From the NCBI GenBank assembly GCA_965197425.1, contig CBDANC010000014.1, positions 1-64,000 of the forward strand: DNA of 64,000 nucleotides. The letters are read 5' to 3'. Made by a program: the position numbers and the translations under genes. This DNA is from Bdellovibrionales bacterium. GTDB lineage: Bacteria > Bdellovibrionota > Bdellovibrionia > Bdellovibrionales > JAUICD01. Each line of letters starts with the position of its first letter. The stretch's first letter is position 1. Positions 41,042-51,408 of the stretch are shown piece after piece. The notes below the pieces were generated by a model. It was not told where the DNA came from. It saw nothing but the letters and a program-made list of their open reading frames with translations, and did no database searches.

Positions 41042-41491
41042 CTACTTTTTGAGTTTACCTTTTATTAAAGCATCTAAAGAGAACTTTCCTCCACCTGATA
41101 AAGCAAAATAGGTAAAGCAAGTGAAGTACATTAAAGCTAACTCTCTTTTGCTGAACGGATCTCCTGCATGTACAACAAATGCTGCAACCAACATGTTTAT
41201 CATCAAAGGAATAGAAAAAATCCTGGTACCAACACCCATTAACACTGCCACCGAACAGAAAAACTCAGCAAACACCACAAGCGCCATACTAAAGCTAGAA
41301 CCTACGCCTAAAGGATCAGGAAATGACTCCGCCCTTTCAGAATAGGACATTAATTTAGGTAACCCATGAGTCAACATCATAGACGAAACAGAAATCCTAA
41401 GAAACAAGTGGCCTATATCACCCATTAAGCCACAACACTTTGCAGAACAACATTTTTGCATCAACGATTTTATAGTTATATCACACCTCAC
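41042..41491 (-). CDS. DoxX family membrane protein
   Basis: LR......HGLPKL, AEF, G..TR, ELA, G.GKFSLD. Confidence 0.9.
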   Translation of the reverse strand: MRCDITIKSLMQKCCSAKCCGLMGDIGHLFLRISVSSMMLTHGLPKLMSYSERAESFPDPLGVGSSFSMALVVFAEFFCSVAVLMGVGTRIFSIPLMINMLVAAFVVHAGDPFSKRELALMYFTCFTYFALSGGGKFSLDALIKGKLKK

Positions 41492-41642
41492 CTTTTAAGG
41501 TTTATACCAAACACCAAAACCCTGAACGGATAACAATAACTTGCAAATCAACACTTTTTAACTTGCAATAACATCCTAACCAGTAATACAACTATCAGGC
41601 CATTTATTATTTTATCAAGCAATTTATATAACGGAGGAGATT

Positions 41643-42098
41643 ATGCTTTCTATCGGTGAGTCCGCACCCCTATTTTCTCTCCCAGATCAAGACAAAAATA
41701 CAGTAAACCTAAAAGATTTTTTAGGCAAAACTGTTGTTATCTACTTCTATCCAAAAGATATGACACCAGGATGTACAAAAGAATCTTGCGATTTCCAAGA
41801 AAATCTAACCAAATTTAAAAACACTGAAATTCTAGGAATTAGCAGAGACTCCACAAAAAGCCACAAAAAGTTTTGCGATAAATATAATCTCCAATTCAAA
41901 CTACTCTCAGATGAAGATGGTACAGTGTGTAAGAAATACAAAGTTTTGGGGCAAAAAACATTATTTGGGGTTACTAAGTTAGGTATTTTGAGGACCACAT
42001 TTGTAATTGATGTAGAAGGGAGAATAAAAGAAATTTTTGAAAAGGTAAAGGTTACAGGACACGTGCAAGAGGTCCTTAAGTCTATTCAAAAGGGTTAG
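41643..42098 (+). CDS. bcp: Peroxiredoxin Bcp/PrxQ
   Basis: YFYPKDMTPGCTKESCDF. Confidence 0.95.
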   Translation: MLSIGESAPLFSLPDQDKNTVNLKDFLGKTVVIYFYPKDMTPGCTKESCDFQENLTKFKNTEILGISRDSTKSHKKFCDKYNLQFKLLSDEDGTVCKKYKVLGQKTLFGVTKLGILRTTFVIDVEGRIKEIFEKVKVTGHVQEVLKSIQKG

Positions 42099-42105
42099 GT
42101 ACAAA

Positions 42106-42597
42106 GTGAGATTGATAAAATTTAACGAAATACCAGAAGACGGCCTATCTCTAAACCTGAATGCTTTGGATTTAGGCCCATTATGGGACGATGTGCTTAC
42201 TCTATCCATGAAGGTTCAAATTCATGCTGTTTCCGGTGGGTGTACATTGATTGGTAGTGTAATAAGCAAACTAATACTTACATGTTCGTTTTGTATGAAA
42301 AAGTTTGAGTACCCTTTAAAAGAAGATTTTTCGGATTTGGTATTGCTAGATAAAGGTGATGTGGTAAATGATAATAGCTCCGATATGTTTGTGAAAATGG
42401 TCTCAGAACCCCTTGTTGATTTGCGTCTTTTGAGCCGTGAAATTATAAACTTATCCATTCCTATGCAAGTGGCTTGTGTTAATGGTTGTAAGGGATTATG
42501 CTCCAGTTGCGGTGTAAACTTGAATTATGAAGAGTGTGCCTGCGAAAGTTTGGAAATTGAAAACCCGTTTTCAATTTTGAAAAGTATCGATATGTGA
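42106..42597 (+). CDS. yceD: DUF177/YceD family protein
   Basis: CxxC, L.IPM...C...CKGLC..CGVNLN...C.C, NPF..LK; upstream of rpmF. Confidence 0.88.
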   Translation: MRLIKFNEIPEDGLSLNLNALDLGPLWDDVLTLSMKVQIHAVSGGCTLIGSVISKLILTCSFCMKKFEYPLKEDFSDLVLLDKGDVVNDNSSDMFVKMVSEPLVDLRLLSREIINLSIPMQVACVNGCKGLCSSCGVNLNYEECACESLEIENPFSILKSIDM

Positions 42598-42609
42598 AAA
42601 GAGGAGATT

Positions 42610-42786
42610 ATGGCAGAACCTACCAGTAAGACCACTAGGTCTAGAAGAGCTAGCAGAAGATCACATAATGCTATTCACTTTCATGGGAGTCCAAAGTGTC
42701 CCAATTGTGGATCTATAGTTAGATCACATAGAGTGTGTAGTACATGCGGTCAATACAAGAAAAGAGAAATATTCGCTAAGCAATAA
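42610..42786 (+). CDS. rpmF: 50S ribosomal protein L32 (58 aa, absent from the ORF track)
   Basis: Manual translation MAEPTSKTTRSRRASRRSH...CPNCG....SHRVCSTCGQY; GAGGAG SD. Confidence 0.95.
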   Translation: MAEPTSKTTRSRRASRRSHNAIHFHGSPKCPNCGSIVRSHRVCSTCGQYKKREIFAKQ

Positions 42787-42836
42787 AACCTACATCCTCA
42801 TTTGAGGGTTTAAATTCTGTTTGAGGAGAGACATAC

Positions 42837-43820
42837 TTGCGAAGCAATAAACCTTGTATTTTATCAACCGGTTCATATTTACCCAAAAAAGTTCTTACTA
42901 ACTCAGAGCTAGAACGTATTGTAGACACAAGCGATGAGTGGATAGCCTCCAGAACTGGAATCAAACAAAGACATATTGCTTCAGAAGATCAAGTCACAAG
43001 TGACTTGGCATATGAGGCCTCAATTAGAGCTTTAGAAATGGCAAAGCTTGTATCAAGTGATCTTGATATGATCATTGTAGCCACTATAACCCCAGATCAG
43101 CTAATGCCCACAACAGCTTGTGTTTTGCAAGAAAAATTAAAGGCAAGAAATATCATGGCATTCGATATGCAAGCTGCTTGCTCTGGTTTTTTATACGCAC
43201 TACACCTTGCAGAACAATCCATAAAAAATGGGACAAGCAACATACTTGTAATTGGAGCAGATATTCTGTCTAGAATAACAAACTACAAAGACAGAGAAAC
43301 CTGTATTTTATTTGGAGACGGTGCAGGAGCTGCAATTGTATCTACCAGTAAGTCTGATTCTATAATAATTGACTCTATCATGCAGTCAGATGGCAGCCTA
43401 GGTAAATACGTAACCCTTATGGCCGGAGGAAGTAGGATGCCTTGCTCCGAAAAAGCATTAGAACTTGAGGCTCAATATGTAAATATGAAAGGAAAAGAGC
43501 TTTTTAAATATGCAGTAAGAGCAGTGGTCGATGTATGCAATGAAATTTTAAATAAAAACAATACTAAATTAGACGATGTAGATTGGATAATACCTCATCA
43601 AGCAAATACCAGAATCATCGAGAAAGCTATGAATCAACTACAATTTCCTATGGAAAAAACAGTAGTAAATATTGATCATGCTGCTAACACCTCGGCCGCA
43701 ACCATACCAATTGCTCTGGATGAATTTGCTAGAGAAAACAAAATAAAAAGAGGCGATCTAGTTTTAATGATTTCTTTTGGAGGTGGTTTTACAAGTGGTG
43801 CAACATTAATGCGGTACTAG
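42837..43820 (+). CDS. fabH: 3-oxoacyl-ACP synthase III
   Basis: AACSGF, FGDGAGA, PHQAN, NTSAA, FGGG. Confidence 0.96.
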   Translation: MRSNKPCILSTGSYLPKKVLTNSELERIVDTSDEWIASRTGIKQRHIASEDQVTSDLAYEASIRALEMAKLVSSDLDMIIVATITPDQLMPTTACVLQEKLKARNIMAFDMQAACSGFLYALHLAEQSIKNGTSNILVIGADILSRITNYKDRETCILFGDGAGAAIVSTSKSDSIIIDSIMQSDGSLGKYVTLMAGGSRMPCSEKALELEAQYVNMKGKELFKYAVRAVVDVCNEILNKNNTKLDDVDWIIPHQANTRIIEKAMNQLQFPMEKTVVNIDHAANTSAATIPIALDEFARENKIKRGDLVLMISFGGGFTSGATLMRY

Positions 43821-43822
43821 AT

Positions 43823-44734
43823 ATGATAGCATTCATATTTCCTGGGCAAGGAAGCCAGTCAAAGGGCATGGCAAAAAAAAATTTTGAAGCCTTTAAACCT
43901 ATACAAGAGGTATTCGAACATGCCTCTGATACATTAAGCCTGGATATGAAAAAACTATTATTTGAAGATCCAAATAATCAACTCAATCTAACAGAATATA
44001 CACAGCCAGCACTACTTACCGTATCTGTTGCCTATCACAAAATACTAAGTACATACGTAGATCCAAAATTTATGGCTGGACATTCTCTAGGAGAATACTC
44101 AGCTCTTGTAGCCGCAAAATGTTTAGATTTTGAAGAATCTTTGAAAGCAGTAAAACTTAGAGGAAAATACATGCAAGCCTCAGTGGGAGGAAAAAATGGG
44201 AAAATGGTAGCAGCAATTGGCAGTATTAAGGATGTAGAACAACTATTAGATTGGTATAAAAAACAAAAACTTGATCATGTACTTGAAATTGCAAATTATA
44301 ATTCACCTACTCAAACAGTTTTAAGTGGACACAAAGAAGCAGTAGACCAAATACTAGACAAAAAAGAGTTCAACTTAAAATTTATACCACTTAAAGTGTC
44401 AGCACCATTTCATTGTTCTCTGATGCTGGAAGCGAAAAAAAACATGACTCCAATAATTGAACAGATGCAGATCAATAATCCGGAAGTAAGCATAATAACT
44501 AACTACCAAGCTAAGGAGGTTACAGATGCCAACACTATAAAACATCACCTTGTAGAGCAAATAACAAGCCCCGTATTATGGGTACAAACCATATTGTTGC
44601 TAAGTAAACTGGGGGTAAGTAAGTTTGTAGAAGTAGGCTCTGGCAATGTGTTGACCAAATTACTTAAAAAATTTGACAATTTAAACTACCAATCATTCAA
44701 TATAGACTCTCCTAAAGACTTTGAGGCCTTATGA
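43823..44734 (+). CDS. fabD: Malonyl-CoA:ACP transacylase
   Basis: FPGQGSQ, TQPA, GHSLGEY, VSAPFH. Confidence 0.96.
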   Translation: MIAFIFPGQGSQSKGMAKKNFEAFKPIQEVFEHASDTLSLDMKKLLFEDPNNQLNLTEYTQPALLTVSVAYHKILSTYVDPKFMAGHSLGEYSALVAAKCLDFEESLKAVKLRGKYMQASVGGKNGKMVAAIGSIKDVEQLLDWYKKQKLDHVLEIANYNSPTQTVLSGHKEAVDQILDKKEFNLKFIPLKVSAPFHCSLMLEAKKNMTPIIEQMQINNPEVSIITNYQAKEVTDANTIKHHLVEQITSPVLWVQTILLLSKLGVSKFVEVGSGNVLTKLLKKFDNLNYQSFNIDSPKDFEAL

Positions 44735-45471
44735 ATTTAGAAGGATCAAACATATTTATCACAGGTGGAAGCAGAGGCATTGGTGCTGCCACGGCTGTAG
44801 CTACCTCCAAACTAGGGGCAAAAGTAATTATCACCTACAATTCAAACAAAGATGAAGCAGAAAGCTTGATAAAAAAACTAAACAACAAGGCAAAGGCCTT
44901 ACAGATGAATATAGAAGATCCAGAATCAATATCTGATGCCACCAGTAAAGCTATAGAAATTTTTGATAGAAAAATAGACGGTGTGGTAAATAATGCTGGA
45001 ATAACCAAAGACAATCTCATGCTAAGAATGAGCTCAGATGATTTTTCCAAAGTAATCAATATAAATTTAAAAGGCACCTTTTTGGTGTCTCAGGCCTTCA
45101 TAAAGCCCATGATGAAGCAAAAAAGTGGGTCATTTGTGCATATTACCAGTGTAATTGGTCAAATAGGGCAAGCTGGACAAGCTAATTACGCTGCAAGTAA
45201 AGCAGGTATAGAAGCATTTTCTAAATCCCTTGCAAAGGAGCTTGCGTCTAGGAATATTAGGTCAAACTGCATAGCACCAGGTTATGTGAATACCGACATG
45301 ACAAAAAATTTAGATGAAAAAGTTAAAGAAAATTTGCTAAAACATATTCCATTAAACAGAGTAGCCGATGTGTTTGAAATAGCACATCCTGTATGTTTTT
45401 TATTGAGTAGTGACTCAAGTTATATTACAGGTCAAACTATTGGTGTTAATGGCGGTATAAATATGTGCTAA
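44731..45471 (+). CDS. fabG: 3-oxoacyl-ACP reductase
   Basis: TGGSRGIG, NNAGITKD, NYAASK. Confidence 0.95.
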   Translation: MNLEGSNIFITGGSRGIGAATAVATSKLGAKVIITYNSNKDEAESLIKKLNNKAKALQMNIEDPESISDATSKAIEIFDRKIDGVVNNAGITKDNLMLRMSSDDFSKVININLKGTFLVSQAFIKPMMKQKSGSFVHITSVIGQIGQAGQANYAASKAGIEAFSKSLAKELASRNIRSNCIAPGYVNTDMTKNLDEKVKENLLKHIPLNRVADVFEIAHPVCFLLSSDSSYITGQTIGVNGGINMC

Positions 45472-45486
45472 ATAAAGGGAGGTTAC

Positions 45487-45723
45487 ATGTCCGTTGAGGA
45501 TAAGCTAATAAATACTATTTCAGAGCAGCTGGGGGTGGATAAAAGCAAAGTCACACCAGAAGCATCATTTACGACAGATCTTGGAGCCGATAGCCTAGAT
45601 AGTGTAGAACTGATCATGGCTATTGAAGATGAGTTTGAAATAGAAATTCCAGATGAAGATGTAGAAAAACTGAAAACAGTAGGAGAGCTTCAAGACTACA
45701 TTAACCAGAATGCTAAGAGTTGA
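45487..45723 (+). CDS. acpP: Acyl carrier protein
   Basis: DLGADSLD. Confidence 0.97.
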   Translation: MSVEDKLINTISEQLGVDKSKVTPEASFTTDLGADSLDSVELIMAIEDEFEIEIPDEDVEKLKTVGELQDYINQNAKS

Positions 45724-45750
45724 TTCGCATTAACTTTTTTTGGATCTTTT

Positions 45751-47019
45751 ATGAGTTCTAGGTTTTATAAAGAACCAAAAGCAGTAAAGAGAGTTGTAGT
45801 AACAGGTATGTCTACTATTACTCCAGTAGGAGGCACCCTTGACGAGTCTTGGAAAGGTTTAATTAACGGAACTTCTGGCATAAAAGAGATAACACAATTT
45901 GATGCCTCCAGGTTTCAAACCAAAATAGCAGGTGAAGTGGATAACTTCAGCCTATCTGGGGTTATACCGGATAAGAGTATAAAAAGACTTGCTAGGTTTT
46001 CTCAATTTTCTATAAAAGCTGCTCGCGATGCACTCACTGACAGTGGCCTACCAACCCGTTTTGACGACGATCTTGCTAACAGAACAGGATGCATCATTGG
46101 GGTAGGTATGGGAGATTTAGGGTTCATCCACAAAACCTCAACAATAGTTGATACAAAAGGCCCTTCTAGAATTTCACCTTTCTTTATTCCAACCACCATA
46201 GTAAACATGGCATCTGGTCAGGTTGCAATTTTTATAAACGCAAAAGGCCCTAACTATTCAATAACATCTGCATGTGCATCAGGAGCACATTCAATAGGTG
46301 AGGCAGCTAAATATATAAAAGACGACATTTGTGATATAATGGTAGTTGGAGGATCTGAATCTTTAATAACAGAAGTTGCAATAGGCGGATTTAACTCCAT
46401 GAAAGCCCTATCAATTAGAAACTCAGAGCCAGAAACAGCCAGTAGGCCTTGGGACGAGGAAAGAGATGGATTTGTTATGAGTGAAGGTTGTGGCATTATG
46501 GTTTTAGAAAGTTTTGAACAAGCATCCAAAAGAGGAGCTAAGATATATTGCGAATTAACAGGCTATGGAGCATCTTGTGATTCAAGCCATATAACAACAC
46601 CACATAATGAAGGTAAGGGGGCGTCCATAGCTATGCTTAATGCAATGAAAGATGCCAATGTTAATCCAGAAGATATAGATTATATAAATGCCCATGGAAC
46701 ATCCACACCTATAGGAGATAGTGTAGAAACCTTGGCAATAAAAAAGACTTTCCCTAATCCAAAAGATATCATGATAAGTTCCACCAAAAGTATGACAGGT
46801 CATATGCTAGGTGCAGCAGGTGCGTGTGAAGGTATCTTTACTGCTATGAGCATTTATAAGGGTGTTATACCACCTACAATAAATTTAGAGTACCCATCTA
46901 AAGACTGTGATCTGGACTACACTCCCATAGTTGCCAGAGAAAGCGAAATAAAACATGCAATGAATAACAGTTTTGGCTTTGGTGGCACCAATGCTTGTTT
47001 GGTATTTTCTAAGTTATGA
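45751..47019 (+). CDS. fabF: 3-oxoacyl-ACP synthase II
   Basis: SACAS, NAHGTST, KSMTGHMLG, NSFGFGG. Confidence 0.97.
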   Translation: MSSRFYKEPKAVKRVVVTGMSTITPVGGTLDESWKGLINGTSGIKEITQFDASRFQTKIAGEVDNFSLSGVIPDKSIKRLARFSQFSIKAARDALTDSGLPTRFDDDLANRTGCIIGVGMGDLGFIHKTSTIVDTKGPSRISPFFIPTTIVNMASGQVAIFINAKGPNYSITSACASGAHSIGEAAKYIKDDICDIMVVGGSESLITEVAIGGFNSMKALSIRNSEPETASRPWDEERDGFVMSEGCGIMVLESFEQASKRGAKIYCELTGYGASCDSSHITTPHNEGKGASIAMLNAMKDANVNPEDIDYINAHGTSTPIGDSVETLAIKKTFPNPKDIMISSTKSMTGHMLGAAGACEGIFTAMSIYKGVIPPTINLEYPSKDCDLDYTPIVARESEIKHAMNNSFGFGGTNACLVFSKL

Positions 47020-47420
47020 TTTATATAGCTTCTGATCATGCAGGATTTTTATTAAAAGAAAAACTAAAGTCTAAGTTTACATTACATGATTTAGGTAATT
47101 TTGAAAAAGATGAAAAAGTTGACTATCCAGATTTTGCCCTACAACTTTGCAGTAGAATTAAAGACAATGACTTTGGAATTTTAATTTGTGGATCAGGTCA
47201 AGGTATGGTGATGGCTGCAAATAGACATAAACATATAAGAGCATGTTTGTGTCTGGACACTAATCAAGCCAAGCTAGCAAGACAACACAACAATGCAAAT
47301 GTACTATGCTTATCAGGAAGGGTTACAGACAATTCAACAAAGGCAGAAGAAATAGTTAAAGCTTTTCTAGAAACTGATTTTGAAGGTGGTCGCCACCAAA
47401 AAAGACTTTCTAAGTTTTAG
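47016..47420 (+). CDS. rpiB: Ribose-5-phosphate isomerase B
   Basis: SDHAG, DYPD, CGSGQG, HNNANVL, FEGGRH. Confidence 0.93.
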   Translation: MIYIASDHAGFLLKEKLKSKFTLHDLGNFEKDEKVDYPDFALQLCSRIKDNDFGILICGSGQGMVMAANRHKHIRACLCLDTNQAKLARQHNNANVLCLSGRVTDNSTKAEEIVKAFLETDFEGGRHQKRLSKF

Positions 47421-47445
47421 ATCACCTGATGACTGTGTCATATTC

Positions 47446-47940
47446 CTATTTTCTGTCCAGTGATTCTAATGCTTCTAAAAGAATTGTTTCTAGCTCTAAC
47501 ATTTCAGGTGTTACCACCACTGTGTTTATTTCAGAAATTCTTGAAGTGATTTTTTCTAATTCTAATTTTGTACTTTCAAATATTTGTCGGCTTATACTGG
47601 CGACGCCTGAGAACATATATTGTTCATTTAAACTCTTAAGAACTTCGATAACTGTATCTGCGCTTTCTATGGACCCTTTGTTGTATTCATCAATTTGTCG
47701 AGCAAGATTGGCTATCTTTTGATCTTCTTCATTCTCACTGTCTAGAGATTTTTTTAACTTTCTTTGAAAATCAGCAGAATTGTAGAGTTCAGGTTTTTCT
47801 AACAAGTTCACAGCCTCATCCAAAGTCAAGGTCGGAGCAGAATCCTGCCACAATTTGTAAGTATAATTAAACTCATGTCTTTGTGCATGTAACTCGCCTG
47901 AGAACATTAATAATATTACTATCACAAATAGCCGTTTCAT
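47446..47940 (-). CDS. Hypothetical exported protein
   Basis: Signal peptide MKRLFVIVILLMFSGELHA; GGAGG SD. Confidence 0.7.
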   Translation of the reverse strand: MKRLFVIVILLMFSGELHAQRHEFNYTYKLWQDSAPTLTLDEAVNLLEKPELYNSADFQRKLKKSLDSENEEDQKIANLARQIDEYNKGSIESADTVIEVLKSLNEQYMFSGVASISRQIFESTKLELEKITSRISEINTVVVTPEMLELETILLEALESLDRK

Positions 47941-48052
47941 AGAAACCTCCTAGTGGTGTGGTTTAGTAGTTTATAACTCGAGAAACTAAAAATATAAATC
48001 CCTTACCTTCTATATCTTTGTATATGACTAAAATTTTCATGGTTTTGTTTAC

Positions 48053-48221
48053 TTACTTGTCTTTTTTTATGTTAGAGATATGTTTTAGATAAAGACGCTT
48101 TGCAGGACCCACACTGTTTTTTTCTTCACCAGCCATAAAATCACCAAAAGGAGTTCCAACCAACCCAACCGGCATTACAGTCTACTAACCCCAGGTCTAC
48201 TACCAGAGTTATAAACAAAAT
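48053..48221 (-). pseudogene. Displaced duplicate 3' end of the neighbouring exonuclease gene
   Basis: 48129-48221 matches 49486-49579 (1 substitution, 1 deletion), then encodes a diverged same-length C-terminus ending in TAA. Confidence 0.85.
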
Positions 48222-48319
48222 TTAGCAATTTCTGTTTAATTTACAGGATATCTTTTAAATTAACGTTAAATGAGATAAGTTGTGAGGTTCAGTATGAATG
48301 TGTCAGGTCTGGCACACCT

Positions 48320-49306
48320 TTGCGGATATTATCCGTACACCACGAAAGGGAGTATTTTGATATGAGTTTTTTCAGAAAGTGTATTAATACAAAATACACA
48401 ATCAGTTTGGCCATCATCCTGTCGCTACAGACACTTAATGCCTCTGAATGCTTACAAGTCCTGAATAATAAACCTACCATTGAGCAACTATATCTTGCAA
48501 TAAAAAATAATGATGCAAAAGAAGTAAAGCTTCTATTAGATAGTGGTGCAGATGTAAGCTGGGAAGGGTATATTAAGACCCCTGCCATGCGGGCAATTGA
48601 AGAAGCTCCTTTTCCTGTTCATGTGACAAGTAGTGGTGCTTCATTACTTGTAGATCATGTAACTCCTCTTGTATTAGCAATCAAAGCAAACGCTAGCATT
48701 GAGATTGTGAAATTGCTTGCTAACCATCCCAAAACAGATATCAATAAAAAATTTTCTGGTACAACCCCTCTAATATCGGCGATTAAAAATGAACGAGTAG
48801 ACGTAGTAAGATTTCTTTCAAGTCATATTGACATAGACATAAACTTATCAGTAGGTAGCTGGTTTGATAGTGTTGTAGCGTTTACTCCTCTAATGATAGC
48901 AAGTAAGACGGGTAATGCGGAGATTGTTAGTTTGATCTTGGCGCACACCGAAGTAAAGCCAAATGCTGAAAATAATCTTGCAGATAATTGGTGGAATAAA
49001 ACCGCTCTATTGATTGCGATCTGGGAAAAAAATGCAGAGATCGTTAGTTTGATCTTAGAACACCCTGATGTGATCGATCTTGAATATCCCATTATGCAGG
49101 CGTCCCGTCTTGCGTACGGGGCTACAGAAATATTGGATGTACTTTTAGGCCACCCTGCAGTATCTATAGAGTCTCTTGAACTCTTATTAAAATCTGATTC
49201 ATATATGATGGAGCCTGAAGCACTAGAACAAATAAGAGAAAAAATAAGAAGAAGCAAAAGTATAATACATCGAATAACAAGTAGATTTACGAAAAATGAT
49301 AAATAA
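48320..49306 (+). CDS. Secreted ankyrin-repeat protein; likely start ATG 48362
   Basis: Signal peptide; TPL..AI/AS....EIV.LLL.HP repeats. Confidence 0.9.
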   Translation: MRILSVHHEREYFDMSFFRKCINTKYTISLAIILSLQTLNASECLQVLNNKPTIEQLYLAIKNNDAKEVKLLLDSGADVSWEGYIKTPAMRAIEEAPFPVHVTSSGASLLVDHVTPLVLAIKANASIEIVKLLANHPKTDINKKFSGTTPLISAIKNERVDVVRFLSSHIDIDINLSVGSWFDSVVAFTPLMIASKTGNAEIVSLILAHTEVKPNAENNLADNWWNKTALLIAIWEKNAEIVSLILEHPDVIDLEYPIMQASRLAYGATEILDVLLGHPAVSIESLELLLKSDSYMMEPEALEQIREKIRRSKSIIHRITSRFTKNDK

Positions 49307-49409
49307 CATCAGTTGGTGCACTTCTTGACGTAGCATTGTATACAAAAGAAAAATTTAATATAAATGTCCTGCAAGAGAAGTGTATTAACTATTATTTTAT
49401 AACTCTATT

Positions 49410-50279
49410 TTATTTGGATTTTTTGATACTAGATATATATCTAAGATAGAATCGCTTTGGTAGGTTTGAATCGGCCTTATTTTCGCCAGCCATAAAATCA
49501 CCAAAAGGAGTTCTAACCAACCCAACCGGCATTACAGTCCTACTAACCCCAGGTCTACTACCAGAGTTATAAACAAAATCTATTTTACTCATTGACACTA
49601 TAGAATCCACAAGCAGCTTAAATTTACTATCTTTTGACAACTCAAAAACAGAAAAATTCTTCCAATTAAACTCAATGTCCATCACCTGTTCAACTCTTTC
49701 TAAACTAAGTGGTTTTATATGCTCAAAACATTTCAAAGCTAAATCCATACATATTCTTGCATCATTTAAAGCTATATGCAGTTTTGTTTTTTTTAAATGT
49801 AAATAATCTATTAGAGTTGGGAGTTTATGATTTGGGGCATCCTTAAACACAGACCTTGAAAGAAGTGATGTACAAATAACTTTGTTGCAAGGTAGGTCTA
49901 ATCCATTTCTTTCTAGATCGTAAGACAAAAACCCTAAGTCAAATGGTGCATGATGAGCTATCAAAATCCCACCTTTTGAAAATTTCAAAAATTCCTCTAA
50001 AACTGGTTTGGCGAATCGTGCCGAATCTAAACTTTTTTTGGAATGACCATGAATTTGCTCTGATATAGGGTTGATATCACCCTCCGGCCTTATGGTACTT
50101 GAAAATTCATCTACTATTTGACCATTTTTATATTTTACAGCTGCAATTTCACAGATCTCCCATTTCACCGGATATGCACCAGTTGTTTCTGTGTCGAATG
50201 CTACTAATGTTTGATCCAATAGTGATGGCATAGTTTTGTGGAGACTAACACATAATAAAGTATTGGGTCTAGTGAACAA
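49410..50279 (-). CDS. DEDDh 3'-5' exonuclease (DnaQ-like) with C-terminal WYL-like domain; likely start 50231
   Basis: FDTETTG, AHHAPFD, H.ALND; C-terminal F.Y...S...SRTV.P...KRFYL..I pattern. Confidence 0.85.
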   Translation of the reverse strand: MFTRPNTLLCVSLHKTMPSLLDQTLVAFDTETTGAYPVKWEICEIAAVKYKNGQIVDEFSSTIRPEGDINPISEQIHGHSKKSLDSARFAKPVLEEFLKFSKGGILIAHHAPFDLGFLSYDLERNGLDLPCNKVICTSLLSRSVFKDAPNHKLPTLIDYLHLKKTKLHIALNDARICMDLALKCFEHIKPLSLERVEQVMDIEFNWKNFSVFELSKDSKFKLLVDSIVSMSKIDFVYNSGSRPGVSRTVMPVGLVRTPFGDFMAGENKADSNLPKRFYLRYISSIKKSK

Positions 50280-50384
50280 AATAACATCTTTCTCCTCTGG
50301 ACTTTCATTTAGAATTTTAAATCAGAACTACGTATTCTAAATCATGTAATGCTCTTTTATATTGAAGTGTTCTAAGGTTTAAAT

Positions 50385-51308
50385 ATGCAAGGCTTTGATT
50401 TTATACCAGTCATTCCACCAAACTACGAAGAGAAAATAATTTTAACATTCATGGTGGTTGTAGTAATACTGGCCTCCAGATGGGTTATCTCCAATATTGT
50501 CTTTAAACACATTGAAAATCGCCAAGCTCGATACTACTGGCAAAAGTCAATCTCCATTACCAGTAATGCTCTAATAATAATATTTGCAGCCAGAATTTGG
50601 TTTGAAGGGGTTGATTCAGCAGCTACCTACCTTGGTCTATTATCAGCAGGTCTTGCAATTGCTTTAAAAGATCCTATCGCTAATCTGGCTGGATGGATTT
50701 TTATAGTGATAGGCAAACTATTTAGCCTAGAAGAACGTATAGAAATAGGTGATATAAAGGGAGATGTAGCTGACATCAGATTTTTTGAGTTCACCTTATT
50801 AGAAATAGGAAACTGGATAAATGCAGATCAACCTACTGGCAGAATTGTACATGTACCCAACGCTAAAGTATTCCTACAACCAATATACAGCTACAACAGA
50901 GGGTTTAAATATATCTGGCACGAAATAAGTGTTATGGTCACATTTGAAAGTAACTGGAAAAAGACAAAAGAAATTTTAGTAAACATACTTAAGAACAAAC
51001 AATTTAATTTAGATCGTCCTGCACAACGAGCCTTACGTGAAAGTTCAAAAAAGTTTATGATACTCTACAAAAACTTAGCTCCGGAAGTCTATACAACTGT
51101 CTTGGATAGTGGAGTCATGTTCCACATGAGGTTTTTATGTGATCCTAAAAAAAGGAGAGTAGCCACACAACTTATCTGGGAGCAAATATTACACCAATTT
51201 AGTCTAAATGATGATATAGACTTAGCGTACCCAACCACAAGGTTTTACAATGGACAAGAAAAATATAACAACTATCCACCACCTCCACCACCATCACTTC
51301 CAAAGTAG
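50385..51308 (+). CDS. MscS-family mechanosensitive channel
   Basis: GLLSAGLAIALKD.IANL.G, ERIEIG...GDV, GRIVHVPN, AYPT. Confidence 0.9.
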   Translation: MQGFDFIPVIPPNYEEKIILTFMVVVVILASRWVISNIVFKHIENRQARYYWQKSISITSNALIIIFAARIWFEGVDSAATYLGLLSAGLAIALKDPIANLAGWIFIVIGKLFSLEERIEIGDIKGDVADIRFFEFTLLEIGNWINADQPTGRIVHVPNAKVFLQPIYSYNRGFKYIWHEISVMVTFESNWKKTKEILVNILKNKQFNLDRPAQRALRESSKKFMILYKNLAPEVYTTVLDSGVMFHMRFLCDPKKRRVATQLIWEQILHQFSLNDDIDLAYPTTRFYNGQEKYNNYPPPPPPSLPK

Positions 51309-51320
51309 GTTTTAGTTTTT

Positions 51321-51400
51321 ATTGCCTGATTGCCCGTTTGCCTGCTTGCCCGATTGGCTGATTGGCTGATTACCTGACTGCCCGATTACCTGACTGCCTG
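51321..51400. repeat. 8-bp tandem array (consensus ATTGCCTG) x10
   Basis: attgcctg attgcccg tttgcctg cttgcccg attggctg attggctg attacctg actgcccg attacctg actgcctg. Confidence 0.92.
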
Positions 51401-51408
51401 ATCCCAGA

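Noticed and set aside
48310..48324. Sigma-54-like TGGCACACCTTTGC upstream of the ankyrin gene
   Set aside because: GG-to-GC spacing is 9, not the required 10.
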